Assembly (NCBI GenBank): GCA_044356295.1
Contig: JBIKWN010000033.1
Coordinates: 1 to 26,180 of the forward strand
Source: Bdellovibrionota bacterium
GTDB taxonomy: Bacteria > Bdellovibrionota_C > UBA2361 > JBIKWN01
DNA length: 26,180 nt
Direction of reading: 5' to 3'
Shown: positions 1-7,931 of the stretch, in pieces
How positions within the stretch are numbered: the first letter of the stretch is position 1
How the letters are laid out: the number at the start of each line of letters is the position of its first letter
The notes under the pieces: generated by a model
The model's database searches: none
Told to the model about the DNA's origin: nothing
What the model saw: the letters and a program-made list of their open reading frames with translations, nothing else
Translations under genes and position numbers: made by a program

Positions 1-289
1 TAGCAGTATTGGCGGCATAGGAAAGCTTTGTTGAGTATCTAACTTTTAGAACAATACCCGTATCAATTACATTGTTAATTTTTATTGTAACCCGAGCTCG
101 ATCACTTGTATCGATTGTGCCAGGGGAAACGGTTAAGTTGATTTTCGCTGCTCCGACAAAACCACCACCATCACCACTTCCACCGCCTCCAGAGCCGCAT
201 CCCCACAGAAACATTAGAGAGATAGGCAGAAAATAGAGAAAACTTTTTTTGGAAAAAGCATTAGAGAGAAACGTTTGTAGGTGTGTCAT
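1..289 (-). CDS. Putative lipoprotein; 3' end runs off the window (not in the ORF track)
   Basis: Hand translation from ATG at 289: MTHLQTFLSNAFSKKSFLYFLPISLMFLWGCGSGGGGSGDGGGFVGAAKINLTVSPGTIDTSDRARVTIKINNVIDTGIVLKVRYSTKLSYAANTA..., open to position 1. It has a hydrophobic stretch, an LWGC lipobox and a Gly/Ser tether. Confidence 0.75.
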   Translation of the reverse strand, partial: MTHLQTFLSNAFSKKSFLYFLPISLMFLWGCGSGGGGSGDGGGFVGAAKINLTVSPGTIDTSDRARVTIKINNVIDTGIVLKVRYSTKLSYAANTA

Positions 290-319
290 AACGGTCAGAT
301 CATACCGAGAGATTAGATT

Positions 320-1030
320 TTACAACAGTTGGAAAAAGAGAGCGTGAATTGGCTCTTTTGCCGTTATGATGGCAGTTTTGCAATCTTCAAATGCAATTGC
401 ATCTCCAGTGCTTAGTAGTGTTTCTGAGTCGCTCGATAACGTGACTTCGGCTTTTCCAGATATGAGATGAATAAATCCTGCTTCATCTTGTGGTATTTCT
501 AAAGAATGAGTTTTACCCTCACCAAGATGAATCTGGAACATATCGCAATCTTGATTTATCGAAAGCGTATTATTTCGACCATCCCTACTGATACAAAGTG
601 TGCACTCTGAATTTGGGGAAATTATACGTTGTTCGTAACGTGGTGTATCGCCATTCGTGTGTGGAGTAATCCAAATTTGTAACAAATGCACAGGATCAGT
701 TTCTGATGCATTCCATTCACCGTGAAAAATCCCTGTTCCTGCGCTCATTCGCTGTACCTCGCCTGGACGAAGTATCTCTTCACTGCCAAGGCTATCTTTA
801 TGGGTCAGTGCGCCTGACAGTACATAGGTGATAATTTCCATATTCTTATGTGGATGAGTGTCAAAACCACCACCACCTAAGACAATATCATCATTAATTA
901 CTCGAAGACTTCTGAAATGATCGCGCTCGGGGTTTCGGTATCCTCCGAAAGAGAATGTATGTTTTGATTCTAACCAGGATATATCAGTACGTCCCCGTTC
1001 ATTGGATCGTATTATGGTTTTCCGAGCCAT
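320..1030 (-). CDS. Pirin family protein (YhhW-like bicupin)
   Basis: WLESKHTFSF, LRVINDD, HPHKNMEIITY, HKDSLG and MSAGTGIFHGE are characteristic pirin metal-binding motifs. Confidence 0.93.
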   Translation of the reverse strand: MARKTIIRSNERGRTDISWLESKHTFSFGGYRNPERDHFRSLRVINDDIVLGGGGFDTHPHKNMEIITYVLSGALTHKDSLGSEEILRPGEVQRMSAGTGIFHGEWNASETDPVHLLQIWITPHTNGDTPRYEQRIISPNSECTLCISRDGRNNTLSINQDCDMFQIHLGEGKTHSLEIPQDEAGFIHLISGKAEVTLSSDSETLLSTGDAIAFEDCKTAIITAKEPIHALFFQLL

Positions 1031-1503
1031 ATGAGTCCCCCATTTTTTTTCTCAAACTGTAATAGAGGAGTTGATCCGCCCACAATAAGTTCCTGCTCAG
1101 GGGATATAAAAGAGAGTAGTTTGTGACGAATGGCATCAAGCTGAATTGATTCTTTATTTTTAAAAGTGCCGTGTAGGTTTGCAATATCAGAGAGTACCGA
1201 TGCCTCAGGCGAAGTAGTTGGATAAAAATCCTCAAGCATAGAAATTGATTGGCTCTGTGTCAGGGTTCGGTCTTCAATAAATAATGTTAAATAGATAAAT
1301 GCAGCAGCATTAATAATGGTCAATAAAAGTAGGGCTCTAAAAAGGTCACTTGAAAGCAATCGAGAGATGCCGCGCTGAGATTGACCTTCTCGTTGAATGA
1401 AAGAATATTTTGTAAACATACTTGCTTCGATATTCTGTAAAGTTGGTGCAAGTTGATTGACTCGGATTGTTTTAATTAGTCTCGGATCTATTGAATCATT
1501 CAT
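1012..1503 (-). CDS. Hypothetical single-pass membrane protein
   Basis: 163-aa ORF with one TM segment (LFRALLLLTIINAAAFIYLTLFI). ATGA overlap with the upstream prepilin gene and a 19-bp overlap with pirin. Confidence 0.65.
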   Translation of the reverse strand: MNDSIDPRLIKTIRVNQLAPTLQNIEASMFTKYSFIQREGQSQRGISRLLSSDLFRALLLLTIINAAAFIYLTLFIEDRTLTQSQSISMLEDFYPTTSPEASVLSDIANLHGTFKNKESIQLDAIRHKLLSFISPEQELIVGGSTPLLQFEKKNGGLIWLGKP

Positions 1504-1952
1504 AGTGGTTTCCTCACTACTTGTTCAAGAATATTTCCATCTATGGAAGTAAATCGATAAAATCTATCACCGTTTAAAGACTCAACTTCAAAAGTAAGAA
1601 TTGAAGGAGCATCTCGACGAGGTAAATTTAGAAAATAATTGAGGCGCACTGTTTGAGGCACTTCAATTTTTGAAAGCGGCGGGAATGGTATTGAGTTTGT
1701 TTGTTCTTGTGCAAAGAGGACTACTGGTTGAGAAAGATCTTGACCGGATGGAAGAGATTCTTTGATATTCGCATAGGTTGTCAGCGCAGTTCTGTTCGCC
1801 GAGCGAGTGAGAAGTTTCTGGATATTTGGGATGGTAAGCTTGACCAATCCTAGGATGAGGGTGAGTACTACTATGATTTCTAGTAGAGAAAGACCACGTT
1901 GGCGTTTATGTTGAATGGTGAGTAAACCCTTCATTTGATGGGATTGTAGCAT
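1500..1952 (-). CDS. Prepilin-type N-terminal cleavage/methylation domain protein (type IV pilin / T2SS pseudopilin-like)
   Basis: KRQRG|LSLLEIIVVLTLILGLV: basic leader, Gly at -1, Glu at +5, hydrophobic helix. The start could be the second Met. Confidence 0.8.
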   Translation of the reverse strand: MLQSHQMKGLLTIQHKRQRGLSLLEIIVVLTLILGLVKLTIPNIQKLLTRSANRTALTTYANIKESLPSGQDLSQPVVLFAQEQTNSIPFPPLSKIEVPQTVRLNYFLNLPRRDAPSILTFEVESLNGDRFYRFTSIDGNILEQVVRKPL

Positions 1953-1995
1953 ATATTGTGGGGATACTAAAAATTAATTGGGGGGTCTAATGCCT

Positions 1996-2128
1996 CAATG
2001 GTGTTAAGTTAAGGTATCTCTATTCCGTGACCTTGAGCGTGCGCCTGAGCGTGACCCAAATAATTGAAGCTCACGCTCAGCCCTACGCTCAAGGTCACGG
2101 TACTTAAGTTCTTAACTTAAATACATTG
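1996..2128. mobile_element. Non-autonomous MITE-like element (133 bp) with IS4-like ends
   Basis: TIRs CAATGGTGTTAAGTTAAG (1996-2013) and CTTAACTTAAATACATTG (2111-2128) are 15/18 complementary. Flanking direct repeats GTCTAATGCCT (1985-1995) and GTCCAATGCCT (2129-2139) match 10/11. No ORF. Confidence 0.75.
2025..2100. repeat. Long GC-rich inverted repeat (hairpin) inside the MITE
   Basis: CCGTGACCTTGAGCGT (2025-2040) pairs perfectly with ACGCTCAAGGTCACGG (2085-2100). CTGAGCGTGA (2045-2054) pairs with TCACGCTCAG (2071-2080). The loop is 16 nt. Confidence 0.95.
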
Positions 2129-2246
2129 GTCCAATGCCTCATCAAAATCTACCTAATTATTTGGGCATACAAGTCAATTTTGAAGACTATAAACGGGTAG
2201 CGTCACTGATTTTTCTTAGATATATATAAAGCTTCGTAATTCGCTC

Positions 2247-3758
2247 ATGACAGATAAAACGCTTCCTTTTTACCTAGTAGTATTTTTGGCCATTGGGACT
2301 TCGTTCTTTACTGTTTTCAATGTTCCGCTGTTAATTGATGAATTAGGGTCATGGGGATTAGCACAGGGATCTTATTCTGAAGTGATATCGCAGACATTAT
2401 CCGGTCAGGGACAAGGTCCATTATATTTTCTGTTACTCTCTTTCTGGAATAAAATATTTGGTGAATCAGTAACCTCGATGAGGGGACTCTCCCTACTTAT
2501 TACACTTATCACTCTTAAGCTCATAGTAGAATGTGGACGAATCCTGGATAGCAAAGATCTAGGAGTACGTGCTGCACTATTTTTTATAATAACTCCTTGT
2601 GTATTCGGTTGTGAGTTTTTTGCACGACCTTACGTATTAGCAAACTTCATATTATGTCTCATAATTTTATGTGCAATACAGTTTGGTCGAAAAGGGGGCA
2701 ATGTTTTCCCATTCTTTGGATTTTGTCTTTCCATCCTCCTTGGGTTTACACACTATTTATATTGTTTAGCAATCCCATGCACGTTAGGTTTTGTATTCCT
2801 TACTTCGGATTCTCGGCACAAAACTTTCAGGTCTATTGTATGGGGACTCATTTGCGCTTGTAGTATTTTGATTGTAGTAGCGACTTCGCTCTTAGCGCGA
2901 CCAGAACATTTTCAAAAATTCAATGCTATGTCCTATATGGCATCTCCAAGTCTGGTTGTTTTTATAAGCGATTTTGTTTTTACATCTTCTATTGGCTTGG
3001 TCCTCTTGACTCTATTAATATTAAGATTATCAATAGGTCTTAAACATCCTCGGAATGGTCTAGATAACGTCAACAAGACAATACCTATAATTCTGTTCAG
3101 TGTTGCTACAGTATTCTTTTTGTACTTCGCTCTATTCGTCTTATCTCATGTTCTTAATGCGACGCTATTCCTAACAAGATATTACCAAATTGCTGCTCTT
3201 TTTGGTGCATTTGGGGTGGCAGCTGTAGACGACTGGCTAAAAAAACCTCTGATGCTCCGCTGTATTTTTATTTTTTTATGTTCCATCAGTGGCTTGGATT
3301 TTTTAGCGAGAAATCGCAATGAAGGTGATACTTGGTTCAAAACTGTTAGTAGAATCAAAGAGACTTTACCTATGGAGTGTGACCTTTATGTAAATACTGG
3401 ATTTATTGAGCTGCAAGATCCATCAAAAATTCAAGATAAATATTTTCAAAGCTTTCTAAGATCTCCAATTAAATATTACCACAACTTTGATTTTCAACTT
3501 TTACCCATTTCACTTACAACATCAGAGGCAAATAAATATTTTCGCGAAATTCTCTTGCCACAGTTGGCTGTAAAGAACTGTGTTATGCTTGTCTTGTCGA
3601 GAATCGCTTTTAGAAAATCTGATAATACAATTCTAAGACCTTTATCGGAAGATATCGAGAAGATACTAAGAGAAATTGGTTTTATTAACATATCTCGTGA
3701 CGTAAAATTTTCTGATTATGATTCTTTTTACCTTGTCACTGCTAAAAAATATCACTGA
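2247..3758 (+). CDS. GT-C fold membrane glycosyltransferase (ArnT/PMT-like, GT39/GT83 type)
   Basis: Many TM segments; a DE motif after TM1 (PLLIDE), QGPLYFLLL (HPPLY-like), R..S (MRGLS) and ARPY; soluble C-terminal domain. Confidence 0.75.
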   Translation: MTDKTLPFYLVVFLAIGTSFFTVFNVPLLIDELGSWGLAQGSYSEVISQTLSGQGQGPLYFLLLSFWNKIFGESVTSMRGLSLLITLITLKLIVECGRILDSKDLGVRAALFFIITPCVFGCEFFARPYVLANFILCLIILCAIQFGRKGGNVFPFFGFCLSILLGFTHYLYCLAIPCTLGFVFLTSDSRHKTFRSIVWGLICACSILIVVATSLLARPEHFQKFNAMSYMASPSLVVFISDFVFTSSIGLVLLTLLILRLSIGLKHPRNGLDNVNKTIPIILFSVATVFFLYFALFVLSHVLNATLFLTRYYQIAALFGAFGVAAVDDWLKKPLMLRCIFIFLCSISGLDFLARNRNEGDTWFKTVSRIKETLPMECDLYVNTGFIELQDPSKIQDKYFQSFLRSPIKYYHNFDFQLLPISLTTSEANKYFREILLPQLAVKNCVMLVLSRIAFRKSDNTILRPLSEDIEKILREIGFINISRDVKFSDYDSFYLVTAKKYH

Positions 3759-3879
3759 AATCTTTTTCTTTGTCAGGAAGGTCTTTTTCTAATTGCATTG
3801 TCATTACCAATGAAAAGAGGTGGCTGTCCATTACAAGGTGATGATACTTTAAAGAGATAACCTTCCAAGAAATAGATTT
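3758..3879. other. Self-complementary intergenic region between convergent genes (possible bidirectional terminator or structured RNA)
   Basis: AAATCTTTTTCTT (3758-3770) vs AAGAAATAGATTT (3867-3879) are 12/13 complementary. GGAAGGT (3776-3782) pairs with ACCTTCC (3860-3866). Inner hairpin TCATT-ACC-AATGA at 3801-3813. Confidence 0.35.
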
Positions 3880-5260
3880 ATTTCTTATCAACCAAAGCCT
3901 TACTAATCCTGTCTAATTGGGAATTAATAAGTATCGGATCCTCATTGGCATAAGGTTTCAATAGTTCAAGAGCGACCTGAAAGTCTTTTCTCTCTTCATA
4001 TTTTGAAGCTAGCTGACGTATTCGATCGAGAAATAGCTCATGGTCAACATTATGGGATTTGGCTGAAATATAGGCTTTATGAGCCTCAGAAAGCTTTCCT
4101 TGTTCTAGGTAAATATCGCCAATAATAAGCTCATAGAAATAGGGATTCTCCCAGTCTTCGCGGTCATGAAATCTAAGCCTTTTTTCAATGTGTTCTTGGT
4201 ACAGTGAGATCGCTTGTTCGAAATTTTGTTCAGATCGGAGCTGTTCAGCTTTAGCGAGTATTGGCTCTTGGCTTGAAAATAAACAGCCACTCAAAGATGA
4301 AAAAATAAGAGAGCATGATAAAAAAAGTGAGATGGCATTTTGCATTGTACGTTTTTCTAGTTCAACGGTTAATTTCTTAATATATGCTTTTGTTCCAAGA
4401 GTAATGCCGTCTGGAGAAGAACGCCAACGTTTATGAAACCACGCCCATTGATGAGGGGATTTTCGAATTACTTTTTCGAGATGTTGGTGATAGAGCGTCA
4501 GCGCTTCAACTTCAGTAAGTGTTTTCGGAATGCGTTCAATTGATAAAAGGTAACGACGGTCGGATAGTTCAATAAGAAATGCAGATACAATGAACGCACC
4601 GCATTTTTTTGAGAGTTCAAAAAGACCGCTTGGTGTTTTAACTGGCAAAGAAAAAAATGGAATGAAATCACTTCTCACAGTTGTATCTTGATCAATTAAA
4701 GCAGCAAGAACGATTCGATTTTTTAAAGCTTGAATAATTTGTTTTGGACTTTTTGGATCTTCCCTCCAGATTGTAGTGATTCCATTTCTTGACCTGAGTG
4801 TTGAAAGAATAGGTTGTAAAATCGGGGATCGTGCTTTTCTGCCTATCGTAGAAACAGGTAGTCCAAGTGAAGCGCAATATGCACCTAACAGATCCCAGTT
4901 TCCAACGTGCCCTGTTAAAGCAAGAATTGGGGTAGTAATAGATAAAATCTCTTCTTTTGTTACGCCTGATTCAGATTCCCACACGACTTCCACAGAATTA
5001 ATGAGCTCTTTTGTATTGATGGAAATAAAAAGATTAGTAGCAACATGTTGGAAGATTTTTTTGATTACCATTGAAGCTTCACGCTCTGAGAGTTGCAGAA
5101 AACGTTGAAGTTGTAATGAAGCTATGAGCCTATCTTTTGGAACAAAAAAAGGAACAATACGACCCAAAGTGTTTCCGAGCCAACGTCTCATAGAGATTGG
5201 CAAAGTGCCAATCACAGAGAATATGAGAAAGTGTAATGTATGAGAAAGAAAATCGTTCAC
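3878..5260 (-). CDS. Lipid A/lysophospholipid acyltransferase (LpxL/HtrB family) fused to a C-terminal lipobox + TPR-like module
   Basis: GHVGNWD (Hx4D/E), LIDQD, FFSLPVKTP and WAWFHKRWR are LpxL-family motifs. From Met306 (nt 4345) it reads MQNAISLFLSCSLIFSSLSGC, followed by TPR-like helices. GTG start. Confidence 0.85.
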   Translation of the reverse strand: MNDFLSHTLHFLIFSVIGTLPISMRRWLGNTLGRIVPFFVPKDRLIASLQLQRFLQLSEREASMVIKKIFQHVATNLFISINTKELINSVEVVWESESGVTKEEILSITTPILALTGHVGNWDLLGAYCASLGLPVSTIGRKARSPILQPILSTLRSRNGITTIWREDPKSPKQIIQALKNRIVLAALIDQDTTVRSDFIPFFSLPVKTPSGLFELSKKCGAFIVSAFLIELSDRRYLLSIERIPKTLTEVEALTLYHQHLEKVIRKSPHQWAWFHKRWRSSPDGITLGTKAYIKKLTVELEKRTMQNAISLFLSCSLIFSSLSGCLFSSQEPILAKAEQLRSEQNFEQAISLYQEHIEKRLRFHDREDWENPYFYELIIGDIYLEQGKLSEAHKAYISAKSHNVDHELFLDRIRQLASKYEERKDFQVALELLKPYANEDPILINSQLDRISKALVDKK

Positions 5261-5275
5261 CGTCGCATTCTCTGT

Positions 5276-6370
5276 CTACATCAGATCTTCAGGATCAATT
5301 TGAGCTTGGAAATTTCTTTGATCTTCTCGTATGGTATCAACAGCCATAAAATCAGAAACATGTGAAGGAATTAAAAACCCAAGAAATTGTTGCTCTGCAT
5401 CGACAACAGATATAATTGAAAGTTGATGTTTTGCAGCGAGTGTCAGTGTTTCTAGGAGAGGGCGGTCTGCCATGGTTGTAATAACTTCCCTAGACATGAA
5501 ACTTGAAAGGTATTGATCATCGGGGTCACTTGTTGCAGTTTGAATCAATGTGGAGCGGTCGATAAGCCCCATCAGCTTATTGTGATAAAGCACAGGAAAG
5601 TGATCTTGAATTGCTTTCATAACAATAGGAAGAGCGTCGCTCAAGGTTGTTCCATGGTTAAAGCAATACAGTTTGTCTTTTTCAATTAAAAAATCCTTTG
5701 TAAAGCGACCGATTGCGACTGACTGGGTGTGTGCCGCAAAGCTTTCTTGGAGAGCACCAAAAAAAACAAGTCCAGCTATAATGCAAAGCATCGCCGAACC
5801 AAAATAGATTCCAGCAATTCCCATTAAAACGGAGCATCCTTGACTGAGCTTGGTGCAGATTGAAGTTGCATTTTTCACTTTCATCATTACAAGAATAGAT
5901 CGAATAACACGCCCTCCATCCATAGGAAGGGCAGGAATCATATTGAATACTGCTAACGAGATGTTGATCTCAAAAATAGATTGAATCAGTGGATGCATGT
6001 CATGGAGTCTCGTTATCCAAATTGCTAAAGCAATAATGACGTTAACTGCTGGTCCTGCAAGGGCAATCAATAATTCTTGTTTCTCTTTTGGAGCGGACTC
6101 AAGCATTGCGATTCCGCCGAAAGGATACAGAGTAATATCTTTAGTACTTATACTAAAAAAACGAGCGGCAAAAACATGACCAAGTTCGTGAAGTAAAACA
6201 CAAAGAAAAATACTAAGAAAAAATATGCCTTCAATAAAAGCGCTATTCCATCCGGCTGCTTGTTGGGTTGAGAAAACGATCCAACTTAAAAAAAGTAAAA
6301 ATGAGAAGTGAATCCTTAAAGGAGTCCCTTTGATTGAACAGAGTTTGAATGACCAGCTTCCTTCGAGCAT
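5276..6370 (-). CDS. Site-2 protease (peptidase M50) with C-terminal CBS domains
   Basis: HELGH zinc motif, AGPAVN and FNMIPALPMDGGR (NxxPxxxxDG); TM helices; CBS-like C-terminus. Confidence 0.93.
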   Translation of the reverse strand: MLEGSWSFKLCSIKGTPLRIHFSFLLFLSWIVFSTQQAAGWNSAFIEGIFFLSIFLCVLLHELGHVFAARFFSISTKDITLYPFGGIAMLESAPKEKQELLIALAGPAVNVIIALAIWITRLHDMHPLIQSIFEINISLAVFNMIPALPMDGGRVIRSILVMMKVKNATSICTKLSQGCSVLMGIAGIYFGSAMLCIIAGLVFFGALQESFAAHTQSVAIGRFTKDFLIEKDKLYCFNHGTTLSDALPIVMKAIQDHFPVLYHNKLMGLIDRSTLIQTATSDPDDQYLSSFMSREVITTMADRPLLETLTLAAKHQLSIISVVDAEQQFLGFLIPSHVSDFMAVDTIREDQRNFQAQIDPEDLM

Positions 6371-6383
6371 AAAAAAAGTTCCA

Positions 6384-6581
6384 TTAATAATTGGGCACGG
6401 GAATGATGCTCACACCACCAGCTTTAAAGATTGGAGTGATAACTGCATTATAAACTTCATCAACGATAGGAATATACCCTGGAAATCCAAAAATCATCAG
6501 TAATGTCTTTAAAACGAGCATTCCTGCAGCTATTTTTAATAGGAGCAAGACAAAATCAAGAAATGTCATGTCAGTTTTCAT
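6384..6581 (-). CDS. Small hypothetical membrane protein
   Basis: Hydrophobic ORF 13 bp upstream of the M50 gene on the same strand. ATG at 6581 (or 6569) is preferred over TTG 6602. Confidence 0.6.
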   Translation of the reverse strand: MKTDMTFLDFVLLLLKIAAGMLVLKTLLMIFGFPGYIPIVDEVYNAVITPIFKAGGVSIIPVPNY

Positions 6582-6648
6582 CGATTGCTCTATGGTAACC
6601 AAAAATTAACTTAGTTACTATGTGCTTTCAGAGGATAATAATTACAGT

Positions 6649-7929
6649 ATGAGAACAATAGGAGTAATTGGGCTAGGATACGTAGGATTGCCGTTAGCCC
6701 TTGCCTTGTCAAAAACTGAAGCAAAAAATGTTTTTGGCTTTGATATTAATACTTCAAAAGTAGAAGCTATAAAAAAAGGGATCGACCCTACGAATGAGGG
6801 ATTAGAAGACCAGTTATCTCAAACGAGACTCAAGGTTACGTCCTCAATAAAGGATCTTGCTACCGTTGATTTTTTTATCGTTGGAGTTCCAACTCCTGTT
6901 GATAGTAATAATACACCAGACTTAATTCCGTTGCAGTCTGCTTGTGATCTTGTTGGATCTGTTTTAAAGAAAAACGATATTGTTGTTTTTGAGTCTACTG
7001 TTTATCCAGGGCTTACCGAAGACCTTTGTGGAAAATGGTTAGAGCAAAAATCAGGTCTCATCTGTGGGAAAGATTTTTTTCTTGGATATTCACCCGAGAG
7101 AATGAATCCTGGTGATAAAGAACATACGGTTGAAACAATTGTCAAAGTTGTCGCAGGACAAACTCCGGAAGTGTTAGAGATTGTGACTGGCGTTTATTCA
7201 TCAGTAGTGAAAGCAGGTGTCTTTAAAGCGGCATCTATAAAAGTAGCTGAGGCAGCAAAAGTTATCGAAAATACTCAGCGAGATATCAATATTGCCTTGA
7301 TGAATGAGCTCTCAATTATTTTTGATCGACTTGGTATTCGCACACATGATGTATTGCAAGCGGCAGGAACGAAATGGAATTTCTTAAAATTTACTCCCGG
7401 TCTTGTCGGTGGGCACTGTATTGGCGTTGATCCGTATTATTTAACTACTAAAGCACAGCAGCTTGGATATCATCCACAAGTAATTCTTTCTGGACGACGA
7501 ATTAATGATGGAATGGGTCAGTTTGTTGCTCAAAAGCTAGTAAAGATGATGATTCAGCAAGAGATTCCTCCGAAGGGAGCTCGTGTTGGAGTATTAGGTA
7601 TCACGTTTAAAGAGAATGTATCAGACGTACGAAATAGTAGGGTTCCGGATATCGTAAAAGAACTAGAGCAATTTGGTGTACAAGTCATGGTATCTGATGA
7701 TGGTGTTTCTAAAGAAGAAGTGCTTCATGAATATGGAATTTCATTACATCCTTTAAGAGATCTTGAGAATCTTGATGCATTGATTCTTGCTGTATCTCAC
7801 GATCAATATCGTTCGATGAGTATCGGCGATTTTGTAAAGCGCTTAAAGCCGTATGGTGTGATGATAGATGTCAAATCTATGCTTATTAAAGAAAAAATTC
7901 CAACTGGATTATTATATTGGTGTCTATAA
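6649..7929 (+). CDS. Nucleotide-sugar (UDP-HexNAc) 6-dehydrogenase, TviB/WbpO-like
   Basis: GLGYVGLP, ESTVYPG, YSPER, KVIENTQRD, catalytic GGHCIGVDPYYL and GITFKEN..D.RNS. Likely start is ATG 6649, downstream of GAGGA. Confidence 0.93.
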   Translation: MRTIGVIGLGYVGLPLALALSKTEAKNVFGFDINTSKVEAIKKGIDPTNEGLEDQLSQTRLKVTSSIKDLATVDFFIVGVPTPVDSNNTPDLIPLQSACDLVGSVLKKNDIVVFESTVYPGLTEDLCGKWLEQKSGLICGKDFFLGYSPERMNPGDKEHTVETIVKVVAGQTPEVLEIVTGVYSSVVKAGVFKAASIKVAEAAKVIENTQRDINIALMNELSIIFDRLGIRTHDVLQAAGTKWNFLKFTPGLVGGHCIGVDPYYLTTKAQQLGYHPQVILSGRRINDGMGQFVAQKLVKMMIQQEIPPKGARVGVLGITFKENVSDVRNSRVPDIVKELEQFGVQVMVSDDGVSKEEVLHEYGISLHPLRDLENLDALILAVSHDQYRSMSIGDFVKRLKPYGVMIDVKSMLIKEKIPTGLLYWCL

Positions 7930-7931
7930 AA

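Noticed and set aside
2025..2100. CRISPR, tRNA or attC interpretation of the palindrome
   Set aside because: There is no repeat-spacer array, no cloverleaf, no RYYYAAC/GTTRRRY ends on the hairpin and no integrase.
6592..6621. Short imperfect palindromes (ATGGTAAC...GTTACTAT; TAACTTAGTTA) in a divergent spacer
   Set aside because: Too short and AT-rich to support an operator call without comparative data.
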